Assembly: GCA_000708835.1 (NCBI GenBank)
Contig: DF237374.1
Location: 15,553-79,552 of the forward strand
Origin: Klebsormidium nitens
Lineage: Eukaryota; Plantae; Klebsormidiophyceae
DNA: 64,000 nucleotides
Direction of reading: 5' to 3'
The position numbers were made by a program, and so were the translations under genes. The notes below the pieces were generated by a model. That model was not told the DNA's origin, made no database searches, and worked only from the letters and a program-made list of their open reading frames with translations. Of the stretch, positions 44,954 to 59,200 are shown in pieces. The stretch's first letter is position 1, and every line of letters begins with the position of its first letter.

Positions 44954-47900
44954 TCAGTCTATGCCTAGGTCAAACGAGGGAGCATCGAAGTCGGCTTCTC
45001 TCTGTAATCGGGCTCGTTTTCTAATCCGCAATAAGCCCTCTGGCGATCGATCGCTGTCATCACTATCTGAAGAGGACTGACCGCTGCCGTCTCTTCCGAT
45101 CCTGGACGAGGGTTCAACATCGAGCCTTGCCTTCAGCTCCCCGAGTGCCTTGGCGAAGGAACCTTGGGCGGGAACAATCTTGGCCGACGGGTGTACCGAC
45201 CGTATTACGCCGGCTGCGGATGCCTCTGCGGCTTCCTCGTCCTGCAATGAACGGAGCGGACGGCGTCAAGGGTTGGCGCGAGACCAGTTCCAGCGATCAA
45301 TATAGGAGCGTAGATAGCGGAGAGGTTCGGCTGCACAGGTTTAATGAGGGACAGAGGCCGCATTCTGCGCCTCTATCCTGCCTTGTCGATTCTTCGTCTC
45401 ACTTTGGAAGCAAAAGGTTGTACTTGCAGAAAAAGTTGACCCTTTCAGTGACCATAGAACGTGCAGTTCTTTTCTGACTGATGTTGACACCGGCTGAAAA
45501 ACCGCAGTCGCTCTTTCTGGATCAGGCTTACCAGCGATTCTTCGATGAGCCGTCTCCCAAACTCGGTCTTCTTCAGCTCATCGACGTCTTCGAACTGGGG
45601 GATCAGTCGCCTGCACCATGCAGAGAGGTCAGCAAGTGATGCTTAACAGAACGAAACTTCGTTTTTGCCATTTCTTTTCTCGCGTGCTTTTGCAAACAGA
45701 TTGAGCGGTCAACATCCAATGCAGGTGCAGCAAGGATCCGCAGACGATCTTCTGGTCAACAAGCAGGTGGTAAGTCCGCAACATTTACCTGACGGCCGTG
45801 CAGCCTTCCCCGTGCCTGCTCTCAAGGTAGTCCTCCATCATGATGCGCGCTTCCCTGACCAGCTTGCCCAGATTGGGCCGCCAGCGGTCGGTCGCGACGC
45901 CGAATGCCGAACCCAGGACTCGACCTGCTCAGCGGAACGGCTTGTTACAAGAGCAGAAAAGGGCGGCTAAGCAGCAGAGGCGTTGGAGCCCGAAAGAATT
46001 CGTCATCGCCTTTACGAATTTGGCACCCCGTAAGGTCTGGCTCATAATCCACACACGGCTCAAAGACAAAAGTTCAGTTTTTACTCGGAGTTTATCAGAG
46101 GGGCAAGAGAACCGGAAATGGCCCGCCCCAAAAGGAATGAATTGCAGACTACCAATAAGCTTAAAAAGACGAGGGGATCAGTGTAAGGCAGTCACTTACA
46201 CATCTTTGAGTCAAGGAACGCCTGTCTGTGGGCTGCGGTCGAGTCAAACGTAGACAGCCTGTACCGGGAGTACCCAATCCAGTAGTCCTGGAGCCTGCAT
46301 GGCCGAGAGAGCAAGTAGAATCAGATTAATGCTTTGCTGGACAATTACCAGCAGCAAGCAGTGGACGGCACCGCGTCTCACAGCACAAGCTGTTCAAGGT
46401 ATACGAAGAAGGAGAGCGAGAGCTGCGGAGAGGCCGCAGGACCTTGCAGAAGCGCTTACCCGAAGTTGGCGGCGTCCAGCGCGTCTTCCATAGCGCGCGA
46501 GCACAAGTCCAGGGACGGTCGGTCACCATCCACTTCTGTCTCTCGACCTGATGGACTCTCGATGTCGCTATCATCGAGAGACGCTGTGGTGAAGAGAGAA
46601 ACCCCACCGTGAGAAAAGAAAAGCTTCCACTTCAATGTCAAAGAAGATGCAGACTGCTAGTAATCTTTCTGCAAGTGGAGATTCTGAGATAGCCACAACG
46701 GCAACAAAGTTCTTTAGGCGTCGAAAGTCCCAGAAAACCTTCTTTCTCGTCCTGTTACTAAGAGCATTCAGGATTGAAGAGACCAATCTTGTATGCCGGC
46801 GTTGACACCTCTAACCGACTTTTGGTAGATTTTGTGCCCGGATCCTGTCTTGGATGAACGGATGAATTGTCTGTAGCCTTGTTGACCGCAAGAGACGATC
46901 CGAGGGGCCCACTTTTGAACTGCAAAGCACTCCCAGGGGTTTCGAAGAGCATACCTGAACTGGACTCCTCAGGCCTGCTGCACTTTTCCGGCTGCCGCCT
47001 TGCCCCGGTACCCTCGCCCTGACCGGTACGAACCGCTGCTTCATGTACGGCCGCCTCCTCAGCCAGCGCCTCAGCCAACGAGCCTTGCCCCCTGGGACCG
47101 AGAAAGTCAAAGATGGTGGACGAGGCTGCCTCACAACTGCCCGCTGGCGTTTCTGAGGCTCTACTGGCCGGTAAGCTCATCAGCTGCTGGGTGGCGGCCT
47201 CGACTCCGTGTCTTTTCTCCAGGGGACCAAGGAAAGGGCCGTCTTGTGGGGAAGGGCGACCGGTTGGACTGGCTAGCACGGGCTCTGGAGAGGCGGACGG
47301 CTTGGGCTCGGAGGGCGGGGGAAGGAGTTGGGGCTGCGGCAGGACGGGGGGAACTTCCAGGCCGGGCAGTGGTGCTGAAGCCGGACGATAGGCCAGTGGT
47401 GTCCTGAAAGGATGAACATGGAATCACAGAAGTGCAGGGGTCCTCGGGCTTTCGAATAACCACAGGAAAGGTAACAGGAGTTTTGAAGCAGACTCGAAAA
47501 GTTGAAAGAAGACAGCGAACTTTTTGAGGTCATCAAGAGGAAAGGAGACATGACGAACAGCATGACGGCAGGCACTCCCTTAGAGTGATGAGGATAAGAA
47601 GAGCGCTGTCTGAAAGAAAGGAAAAGCAGATTTGACACGAAGCTTGGTGATCCTCACTCAGTAAATCTCGCTCAAAAAAGGATCCCCGGCGAGCCTCGGG
47701 CACAACTGAATAATAAGTCCGGAAAGCTAGCAACGCTATACCTTCGTATGCAGGTCAGCAGCTCCTTCCACATGGGGCACGTTTGCAGGTTGGGAGCGCA
47801 GCCGATGATGAGCAGATGGTTCCGGGCCCGGCTCATGGCCACGTTCAGCCGGTGAGGGGAAGCCAGGAAGCCGATGCCGTTAGTGCGGCAGCACGACCTG

Positions 47901-50900
47901 CAGGCAATGAAGGAAGTCTTTCAATTTTCAAGGGATTACTTTCATAACGATCGCAGCTTCTGAGACACCCAGAGGACGTCTAGCTCGGCAAGTGCGTTAG
48001 GTTTCCAACAAGAAGCCAGCGTCTAGCTGCAACGCACGCAATCATTTCCGGCGATCAGCGACAGAAGACGTGTTGAGGCAGGATGAGCTGCTTACAGGAT
48101 GATGATGTCCTTCTCCATCCCCTGAAATGCGTCGACTGTCGAGACCTGGACGAAGTCGCTCAGCTGATCCTCGTCCTCGAGAGCAGCCTTACGACGGCGC
48201 TTCTTGGGCTGAGTGCCGCTCTGAAGCTCCGACAGCAACGAGTTCAGCTTGGAAGCCTGCAACCACGATTGATTGGTATCAGTTCTTACAGCCTGCTTCT
48301 TCTACACTTCTTCGTGTGTAGAAGCCGAACGAGCAAGCTCAGACATGTCTTTGCCAACGGGGATTTCCAAATGGTTCCCTCTTGTTCGATTCACAAAAAC
48401 GAGAGAACATCGGTTTGCCTTCTGGTACGAAGGAGCATCTGGAACTTAAGCGCCAGACTTCGAAAGCAACACAAGTGACTTTGGAACATAAATACCTGTG
48501 CCCTGTAGGGGACGATGACCCCTATCTGGCCAGGTCTACAGCCCTTGTCAATGAGCTTGTTGACCATCCTGGCCGCGAGGTTGGCCTCGTAGTCGTTGTA
48601 GTAGCTCGAGGATGCATCCCGCGCTTCCTGTGCTTCCTGGCGAGTATCCAGGAAGAGCAGAGCAGGCAGACCGGCCACGAGTGCGGCCCTGTCGGCAGCA
48701 CTGCAAGGAGAGGATGGAAAGGAAGCGTAGGTGGCCTCTCCTGGAGGGTTCGTTCGCGGAGGAATAAGGGATCCACGCGAGCTGGAGAATAATTGCAAAC
48801 TTGAGCTAGAAGGGAAGACATATTGCGGATGCAGAATAGCTTTTCAAGAGGATCCAGCAAAGCGCACACCCAAAGCGATTCCACGAGAGGTGTTCAAGCA
48901 GACAAGCAGAAACACCATTTTATTCCACAATGGTACATGACGAATCACCTGCATCCGTCCAGCAGTCGTCCGGCGTAGAACAGCTTGTTGGGGAGGGCGC
49001 TGACCAAGGGGTGGCACCGATACTGAGTGCGTAGCATGATGGGGGTGTGTCCAATCTCAGCCAGGCGCACAAACATTGCCCTGCGAATAATCAGACAAGC
49101 GCTTCTGAGTGTTGGGTGTTCGTTTAAGCAGTTTACCAGTCTGCTTCTCTCGCTTTTTGAAAGATTGGAAATCGACGTTTGAGCAGCCTCGAGACTTTAA
49201 GGCCTAAGCCTGGCTGCCTTCGATTGTCGATCTCCTTCCTCGCTTTCACGGAGGGCCCAAGCCGCTCACCTTTCCAAGCCATGCCCGCTGCCGCTCTTCT
49301 GCAATCCAGCCTCTATGTCATCTTCCTTGCTAGCAGAACTGCTGCCAGTGAGCTGCGGGGGCAGCTGGGCCGGATCCCCAACGGCCACGAGTCTGGAACA
49401 GAAAGACAGACCTTGGCATTAACTTACGGGTCCAAGTGCCGACTACAGCAGAGCGCCGACGGGAAAGGAGACCACAAAACACAAGCAGACAACTTTCTAG
49501 ATGGCAATCGGGAAGTGTGAGGAGGGACTGAAGTCTCGATTTGTAACTCAATCATCAGCAACCTTCTGGCCAAGCTGCAGAGAATTGGGCTTACTTTTCG
49601 CATCCTAGGATGGCAAGCGGCATCAGGCTGAGCGGCTCCGGCATCTGGGAGCACTCGTCGAGGAGGCAGACCTGAAAAACGTGTTTGGGTCAGCAGCGCA
49701 CTTCTTGGCTCAATTTTTCTATACTTAATACCGACAATGGTAGCCTGAGCATAAAATACCTCGGAAGTTGCTCAGCTAGATCTCTGAAAGCACGGTTGTA
49801 AGTTCGCAACATTTACTGCACCCTCTCTCGCTGCAGACTTAAGACAAGACGTCAGGCAGGTCTCAAAAGAGCTGACGTCGAAGCTCGTTCAGCGCTCACC
49901 TTGTAAGTCATCCCTTTCAACACATCGTGAGAGCTTGAGAAGCATGTCACCCCAACAACCAATGCGTCCTCTAGTCTCTTCCGGCGAGCTACTCGAAGCT
50001 TGGCGTCAAGCTCCTTGATCTCTTCGCGCACCTGCAAGTTAGACGGCGAGTGTGAAAGGCAGAAAGACAAGGAGGCAGCTTTCGGTCAAGGAGCAGAACG
50101 AAGGCAAGAATGAAGCCAAATTTCAACTCAGGCGTTTGGGGTGCACGTGACAAGTCATCTGCTCCACTTACCCTCCTTCCACCCAAAGCGACTCCTTCCT
50201 CCTTTCGAAGGCTCTTCCTTTCGTCCATGATCTCCTTTTCCTCCTCCGTGTCATTGTGCAGAGTGTACCTACCTCACCAGGTGTCCAAGAATAAGACAAA
50301 AGTTGGAGAAAGGCTACGAGACAAAGCAGTTCTACTTTTGCAGATTTCGCACGTTGAACTGCACGCGTCAGTCTCTTGTGCGCTCACAGAAGGGCTGCAA
50401 CAGATAGACACATGCAAGTGCTTCCAGGAAGAATGCCTCACTCTTTCAGGGCCGGTGCAAAGTTCCTCGAACCAACACGGACAAAGCGATTGAAACCATG
50501 CTTCAGGAGTCCAAGCAGTATCCTGCAAATGCAGGCACGTTTGCACTAAGTGAGGGACTGGCAATACCGGTTCCTCGGATGAGAGCGGAGCACGCAAAAG
50601 GAGTATGGCACCTTTGACTTTGTGTAAACTTGCAATAGCGTCCGACGTCCTTCTAATTCTGGTCGATCAGAAATCTTAACAGATAGTTGTCTGCTATATT
50701 AACAAGGCTTGAGCATAGATCGGCTCAGATTAGCATCGCTGGCAGCTTACGTCTAAGTTTACGTGTTTATCGTACCTGTCCACTGCAACGTTGGTGGCAG
50801 CAGAAACCAGTATCCGGCTCGTTGTGTCGTTCGTCATCTGCGTGATAAAAGGTTGATTAGATCAGGTCCTCCAAAACACCACGAGAAAGACACGTTACTA

Positions 50901-53900
50901 CAAGTTCGAGAGTTATGATTCAATGCTTAGAGGTCCTGCATCGACCGCAAGTGCTGGCAGCAATCTTGGGGATGGCTGACTGACCTCGAAGAGCTCTACC
51001 AGAAAGAAGATCAGAGCCACGAGGAGAGTACCTGCGAGGAACGAGGGCCAAGATTATCAGATACCTCTGCTAGAATGGTAAATCTGGTGATCAAGACTCG
51101 CCAGGCAACCAAGCAGCATGTGGGATTCGAAGCAACTTCCTCTATAAGCCAGATTACTTACTCTTTCCTGACCCGAATGTCCCGTGCACCAAGCAGAGAG
51201 CCGGATTGAACGCCTTCCGTGAATCCCCTGTCAACTGATCCCTGTCGTACCAGGAAGCACATCTTCGAAGCACCGCCGCCTGTACATCAGCGAGTGGAGG
51301 TGAGCAAAGAGGTGCACTGAAATTTCTGTCCAATCCGAACTGAGTGTGATTCGTTGTTTCCTCGTGGATGAACTCTGCTTTGCTGATTCGGAGCAACTAA
51401 GCACAAAAGTGGCCCTGTTCCCATCTATCTTTTGCGCAACAGTCGGAAAAACTTGCACAGTACCTGATCTTCGTTCAGTCGAAACCTTTCGACGGTCCGC
51501 AACGCAAGCATTGCCGCCTCTCCTCCCTTGGACGGAGCGTCCCCTGAGGTATCAGGACCCGCGGGAGCTTTCCACATTAGCGGAAGTAGAGGAAAGCTAC
51601 TAGGCTGCAGAGATCTGCACAAGAGACAAGCGAGCAGGATCTTTCGAAGTTCTATAGAAGTGTCGGTGGCGGCCGATCCTACGTGCTGTGAAACAAGCGA
51701 CGTATTTCGTCTGGATAAGGAATACACTCTCAAAGACATGCTTTCGAACCGTATGTCTGATCGACAGCTTGACAGAATCAAACGAAGCACACTCGCTCAC
51801 TTGACGGTCTCTAGCATGGCCAGCTCTGTTTGTATGGAAGCTCCATGCAGCGCAAACACCGGTTGATCCATGTCGGCGGGAGGCTTCTGTCCGTGGAATT
51901 TCACCTGTACGGCGCCAAATTATCCTTGTGCTGAGGAAGCTACCAGGAAGAAAAACAAGATAGCGTGCCCGCTCGAAACGATATGAGAGAGACCCTTTTT
52001 GCTGACAGTACCAAGAACTAGGGAGAAAAAAAGCTAACATGCCCGCTCGAAAAAACATGAGACAATCCCAAGACGTCACCTCTACTGCGTACCTCTACAT
52101 GCCCTGTACTCGACGGGCCATGGAATGTGCTTGTTGCAACCGCGACGAAGTCCATCCTGTACGAGATCGCAGACGATAAGTAAACGCAATATTAATGTAG
52201 TGCTTCAAACTCGCAGGCACCAAACGCATTGGGAAGTGCAAAACAGTTCGTACCACTTCGCCGGCGATCGTGGATTGAGAATGCAGACCGTAATCGAGAG
52301 CTCCACAATCCGTTTGCTTACCGCTCATGACAAGTAAAGCGAGGGTTGGAGCTCACGACCCAGATATCGTCTCTGCGCAAAGAGCTGAAGCTATTAGTCC
52401 AGGCCAGAATGTCGGGGCTGCTACGTCATTCGAAGGAGCGAAGGCGAAGAGCGAAAACGAGAGCGAAAGCCTGACGGAACCATTATCTTCAGAGCTAGCA
52501 AAACTAGGAGATAAAAGATCTGCAAGAAGAGGCCGATGCTACAGCGAAACGTTTGGTCACGTCGTCAGACTTACATGGAGAATTCTTCCTTCATCTTGCC
52601 GGCCTTAGCCACCTTGTCGATCTGCAGCTGGAAAACGGCGGGCTTGGACGGCTCGACCTCGTCGTAGGCCTTCCTCTTGTTTGAAAACGAGCAGGGCCTG
52701 CATGACCGAAAAGCAAAAAGCAGCATCATACTTAATTCGAATTCGAGAAAGGTGACTTGAGATAGCTCGTACTGAGTCTTCCAGGTAGCGCCCTACAATG
52801 TTCTTCATAAGTGCCCTGCATCTTCGCATGTCTTTCTCGGCAGGTGAGGACTCACTTTTGAGACAGCTGCACGTCCTGATGGAAGAAGACGCCTCGAGAC
52901 CGCAGAGCACTTGCCAGGACAGCGGGGTCAAGGTCTGGGGTGCCTTCGTCGATGACTGCAAGGTAGAAAACTCAATCAAACATTGCCAAAGCACTGGTTC
53001 TGAATTCTTCAGAAGGACCGATAAGTGACACTCACAAGCTCCAAGGTGGTTAAACGTGGGATGGCCAGATAGGCCAGCAAACTCACCGTTCTCATTTCTC
53101 GATTGCTGTGATTTCTGATCCGCCCACTGGAAGAGACACTTGTCCTGATTCTTGTCCGGACAAGAGTAGAATGGACGGCCCTTGTTCGGCCCTTCCTTGC
53201 CAACAAAGCGTAGTTGTGCAGGACCATGCTTGCAACACGGGGTCCTCGTATCAACAACGAGGAGGGCTTCTTTGCGCCCGTCAAAGAAGCTCCGGGCTAA
53301 CTGCCCGATCTGCGCCACAATGGATAGATGTTCAGGGCCTTACGCAGAATCTAGCAGGCTTCACTTCTTGCCAGAAAGTAGCTCGTCGTTTCGTGTAGAA
53401 GCGTCCGTTTGACACGCACGTAAGCTGCAAAACCCTCTGAACGTCCACGACACCCGCAGTACACGACCGTGTCATGAGAACATACCTGAAGGTTGATCTC
53501 TTCGATCAGAGCTTCCATCAAAGCGCATTTGTAGTCGAGGAACTGAAGGTATGAATCTGCAATCGCCTTCTGGCGACTCTGAGGCGGGTTGCTGTCTCCC
53601 ACGAAAACGAACAGCCCAGGATTGCTTCTACCCGGAATGGTTCGGTCTTGCGCTGTCCCTCCAGGAATAGACCGCTTGCCGAGACCAGCCGTTGTTTCCA
53701 CTCCTTTTGTTAAGGGTCGGGGGGTTACAAATTTCCGCGACTGAACTATCTTTGACCCCTGCTGCTTGTTTGCTGAGCTCTTGACTAAGTGAACACTATG
53801 GTGTAATGGCACCCATGTGGACTTTAGCGGACCGGCTGCATACTGAGCACTGCCTAAACGCATCTCAGACGTGGCCCTGTGAACCACGGGGGTTTGAGCG

Positions 53901-54933
53901 GAATCTGCTTCATTTCTGTTGAGGGGGCTTGAAACCTTGTCGTCCCCTCTATTAATTGTCCTGGGTCCTCGAAGCAGGGACAGAATATCTGAAGCTGCAG
54001 ACGAGACGGCAAGGCATTAAGCATTGGTGCATTCTTCAATGCACTAGGGATCCATCGACATACTTGCAAAAGCAGACTGCAACAAGATTTTAAAAGCTCC
54101 TTCACCCACTCAGCTCAAAAATGAAACAGAGTCTCAAATTGCAGTGATCCTAGCACGTGAAAAGTACTCACCCCTTCTACATTCTGGAGGCTTTGCCATG
54201 TGAGGTTGGCTGGATATCTGGATCTCTAAGTTTACGTCCTTCCTTCTCGGATTGGTGAAAGCAGGCCTTTTTGCGAAATTTTTTCTTGTTTGACTTGGAA
54301 TTGAGGACTCGCAGGCAGAAGGTCTTCCTGTACTGCAGTTGTTAATGGCACATTGTACCTCACTATCTACCCTCACAAGGAAGCCTGGGAACTCTATGTC
54401 ATTGTCTTCAGAAATTGAACCAACATCTTTGACTGACATCTCCTGCAACATGGTTCCGCCATCGTCAAAGAGGATGGCCTGCAAGGTTAAGGACAGGCCA
54501 TCAGGTTGATTTCAGTTCTGAAAGGCCTACCACTTAGTATGAATAGTGCACGCGAATAAGGAGAAGATGCACTAAGGATTGAAGCTCCTTTTGTGACTGG
54601 GCTCAAATGCTGGTGGATTTACAAATAGATTGGACTTAACAGATAAGGGGAACGTTCATGCTGTACATAGCCTCACCTTCCAGGCAAGACCTTGACGTAC
54701 AAGTTTGAGTTCCCCATCCTGCATGAGCGTTGAAAATTGTTGTTGAGGTCTTATGGTCAAGGTGGTAAGAAGGAAGTTGCACATCTACTGGACACTCTTT
54801 CAACGCTCAGGTTGACTGGATGCATAGAGAATACTTTCAACGTGAACAACTTTGAAAAGAAGTCCCTTACCTGATATGTCTTGCTTTTCTTCGTCTTGTG
54901 TCTTGTGTATGTCACCACGAATCTTTGATCCAT
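44954..54933 (-). CDS. ZGRF1: ZGRF1-like protein: N-terminal DUF2439, GRF zinc finger, UPF1/DNA2-like SF1 helicase, long C-terminal extension
   Basis: MDQRFVVTYTRHKTKKSKTYQ/DGELKLV.../AILFDDGG (DUF2439). CKHGPAQLRFVGKEGPNKGRPFYSCPDKNQDKCLFQWAD (GRF finger). LVHGTFGSGKS (motif I), LLDECSQMPEP, DPAQLPP, MLRTQYRCHP..SALPNKLFY, IGVIVPYRAQ, VSTVDAFQGMEKDIII, RLNVAMSRARNHL. Exon joins after ~46450 are not fully resolved; the stop at 44954 (..APSFDLGID*) is inferred. Confidence 0.85.
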
Positions 54934-55013
54934 TGTGCAGCAAGTTTCAAGTATTCTCCTCAGAGCCTCTCAGACTCTGCCAGGAAAGATGGGGGCTTTA
55001 GTTTGATGTTCTG

Positions 55014-55060
55014 TTAGAAGTTAGAAGTTAGAAGTTAGAAGCTAGAATTCAGAAAATAGA
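55014..55060. repeat. TTAGAAG heptamer microsatellite (4 perfect plus degenerate copies) upstream of the ZGRF1 start
   Basis: ttagaag x4, then ctagaat, tcagaaa, atagaag. Confidence 0.75.
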
Positions 55061-56278
55061 AGTTTAAGACAATATTCTATCTTCACAGACTGCAGCATCA
55101 TCCAAAAACATGATGTAGAGACCCTTTGATGCAGGGGGGCAAAGGGCATAAGTACTGCATAGGGCAATCAATTCAAGGAGTTGAAAGCAAGGATCTCTAT
55201 GGTCAAATTGCTCAAATGCTGGTACAATATTCCAGCTCGGCAAACATTCATATTTTGTCAATAATCACTCTAAAAAACCTCCACCCTTCGTTTACGATCC
55301 GCTGTTCTCTCACGACCAGGAATTGACTCGTGGTTTATAAACCACACATCATCACGGTGAGACTCGGAAACATTGCATGAACAAATCTCCCTGATGCCAG
55401 AAGGGAGGAAAGCTGGCATGATGGAACATTGTGTCTCACCAGCAATCTGCCATGATCTTTGAAGAGGGCGTGCATACGTAGCTCTGGAACTGAGATCACC
55501 ACCGCCAGATCAATATTCACTGCGCACTAGGTCACAAAAGTAGCAATGTTTCAGGACAGGTGGGGACGCCCTTCGTATTTGATGTAAGCAGTGATCATGG
55601 AAAGCTAATTGTTTGCCCACGGCAACTGCGATCTGTTGTGCCCCATCGAGACATCCTCGGCGTACTTCTTCTGCCCGGCTTCGCAATGATGGCTTGTCCT
55701 GGACCCAGCTACCCAGCTGGTTACAAGCACAATGCATTGCCAAGCAACATGGGGGCTTGGCCTTCAGATTCAATCTGAGAGATTCAGCCTCACCTGGCAC
55801 CACCATGGAAATGATGCAGCAGCTGCCACAGCTGGTCAGAGCAGTCCGGTTTACGACGCAGCAACCTGTAAGATATATTTCACCCGGGCAAAACGGCCTG
55901 CTTTAGCTTCTCGGTGATGGCAGAGCCGGGGCCCCTACACCATCCAATCATACCTGATATTTGGTCCAGGGAAAATCCTCCGGGACAATGTAAAAGGACG
56001 GGGTTGTTGGTCCATGCAGTGTTGGTCGGCGGAAAGTATGGAAACATCTAAAGAGTCCCGTTTGAAGTAAACCGTGAGCATAACCCACCAAGTCAGCTCA
56101 ACAGCAAATTCAAAGCTCAGCAGAGCAGCAAAGCAACAAAGCAGCTAGCGAAGCTAGGGAGGTCGATAGGAAGAAGCGCAGGACTGGAGAGGAGTATCGG
56201 TTTGAACTTGGAGGGAGCTTGAAGGAGAAGGCCCAGTGGTGTCCATCGCATGCTGAGCTCGTTGCATTGGCAGGAACC

Positions 56279-59200
56279 ATGCCGGGTGCTGCACTGCATT
56301 TTAGTATTCCGGATCTGAGCAACAATCAGGACGGGTGGGGCCCAACGACAATACCCGATCAGTACAAGGATGTCCCATATGCTCCTTTCAACAAGGGAGA
56401 CCGAGTAGGAAAGGCTTCCGACTGGACGGGCCAGAGCTACAAGTATCAGCAGGGTACGTGTTCCACATAGGTCTGTTAGAGTTGGTCCTTGCATTCGAAC
56501 TGCACGCTTCCATGGAGTTTACGCTGGTTTCCTGAAACCCTTTCAACAGCTGCATCGGTTGAATAGGTACGTTTCATGTAAGGACGCTGGTTGACGTAGC
56601 TTGGTAGGACCACCCTCTAAAGGTCTGCTTTTTATAAGTGCCTGAACTTTTGCCAACTAAGAAGTCACCACTCACCATCGTTCTTCTTTGCAGGACGGTA
56701 TGGTCAGCGAGATGGCACGGGTATCACGCTTTTCAATTACGTCTATGAGGATGAGGTCAGTGCTGTGACGCAATCAGATGATTCACGCTTCTTTTAAGAT
56801 TTTGGTTGCTAGATTCTGAGGTGTACTGCATGACTGGCCGCCCATCCTTTGCATCGGCGTGTTTGGCCACAATTGCTTCCTTTAACCTCTTTTTGCGTGC
56901 ATAATTTCAAAGTTGCAAACTGATTAGTCAGGGACAAAGCTTGCGGAAGCTTTGACAGAAGAGTTCTGGTGAAGGTTGCCCCTTGCTAGGTTTCAAGCAA
57001 GTGCTGGTGGTTTTTTGCAGGACAACTTTCACCTAGTGGACAGCAAACCGGCGCCCAGGCCAAGATATGGACAGCGGAGGTTTCAGGTAATTTAGGCCAC
57101 ACCCACACCATTACCAGGACTGTTATCATTTGATTGGCCCGTTGCATCCGATCTGAATGTTTCCTTTTGCCGGATCGCTCCTCAGAGTCCTTTTTGGCAC
57201 TATCAGAAATTTCATTTGTCTGGAGTTGCAATGCTTGATGAAACTTATCATGGGGCGTACTTCTTTGAGCGCAAGTGGTGGGGTGTGCAACAGTTTTTTC
57301 GCCTTCGCTCTGCTGCATGGGTCTCCTTTATGCAAATGGGCGGCATTCCGCTTCCTTGTCGCCGTGGGCCCATCAATCTTCCTCTTTGCCCTCTTGAGTA
57401 GCATCCACTTACATATTGTCTGCATTCACTTTGGTGTGTCAAGGTCTTGCTCGACAGTGTCCGTGACGCCTTTGCGGCAGGATAGGATTGGCATGCCTCC
57501 AACAGGTGATGTGAGACCTAGATTCAATATCTTTCAAAGTTGCAGAACACTCAAGCTTCGTGCCTTCGCATCTAGATCGCTTCGGGTCGATGAAATAAGC
57601 AGCCAGAGTTCGATAGAAAACAGTCCCAAGCGTACAGGCAGAACGCTCGGAAGTGGCCTCAAGGATAGAGTAGGGGCTGAGGGGCGAGAATGAGGTACAA
57701 TGAGGCACGAATCGGAAAGGATTACGGTCAGGGGTCTGAGCTGTGGTTGGACGTCACTGCAGAATCGGTTCCAACAGAACCGGAGGGACCAGGAGCAGCG
57801 GAGGGATGGCGGGCGTGAGGCGGACCGGGAGAGGCAACGCCAGCAAAAAGCACAGCAGAAGAAGGGGCAGTGGAACAATTACTGGCAGGACAGGAATGCA
57901 CCGCGGGTCACGTATAACAGCTCGGTGAGCGCTTGACGCTGTAGGATGGTTATAGCCTTGCTGGCGTCCCGCTTGTGGTCCACTTTTGTAATCGACCTTT
58001 TCTTGTTTTCGTCATTGATTGGGCCTGCAGATCTGCATGTCTAAGCTGGGAGAAGGTGGGTCAGTTTTGCCAGCCCAAGGCCTGTACTCAACGTGCACTA
58101 GAGAACCAGACTCCCTTGGACATCATACTCGTCTCAGTCATTCCAAGCGCAGCGCGTCATCTCCAGGAAAGCTGTCCCTGGCAGATTGTGTTTTGTGCAA
58201 TCCGGAGGATGCTTTTTGTGCCAGGACATTCAGCTATGTTGGGCTTCAACCATGCTTCAATCTTGTCATTGTTGGGTTTTACGTACTTCCATGCCTCCGA
58301 GTCCGTGCTGCGTCTTCGATATGCCGTAGTAGCACTGCATGCATCTGGGAGGTTTCATTGAAGGCGTCAATGTTCTTGGAATTCACGCAGCCACAAGTCA
58401 AGGATTCAAGCATTCAAGGGCACTCTCGTATGCACCGTCTCATGCGTATTGAGCGCGGTTACGTGAAGCTTCCAGTATTTTGATTTGCCTTGGCTGCTCA
58501 CAGGTTGACATCCGGCCAGAATGGAGCGTCCTGGAGCAGATTCCGCTGACCGCCCTCACGAAGCTGCACTTCGACGCTGGGGAAGCGGAGGACATGTGAG
58601 GCAGCTCAAAAGAAGAGGATGCACATTTCATTTTTGAAAGTAGTCATTCAGCTTTGCTACGACTTGATGAAGATTCACAACTTGACAAAGATTCACCAAG
58701 TAGGCCCGCTGCTGCGATCTCCGACCGGAGGAATGTGGTGCCTTCATTTTCGATGCGGGATTAGTACGGAGCCCCCCCATATTGCACTCTTATTCATGAC
58801 GTGTTGTGAGCTCCAGTTCTTGCTGGTGAAGACTACGATACTCAGTAGGACCCTGAACCAAGCCTTTGTTTCCTCACTAGGGTACGTCCAGAAAGCCCGT
58901 CTAATAACCACTTCGTGATGATTGCAGCACCACGTGCGGGGCGGTTGAGTGGTACGATCGGGTGTACGATCGGTTAACTCCCAAGCAGGAGAAGCCGCTC
59001 CTGCGCTATGAGAGCCGGCAATTCTTCAAGGTCACCACTACGGAAGATCCCGTCATCCAGTGAGTGTCTGATTCCGCTTTTAGCTTTTCATTTGGCTTGC
59101 TCTTTCAATTTGATGTTCGTGGGTAAAGGAAAGAGGAGCTGGGTCATGTGGATTCGACCTATGGAGAGCAGATGTTGCTTTTTGCGACTTGCGGGCAGTC

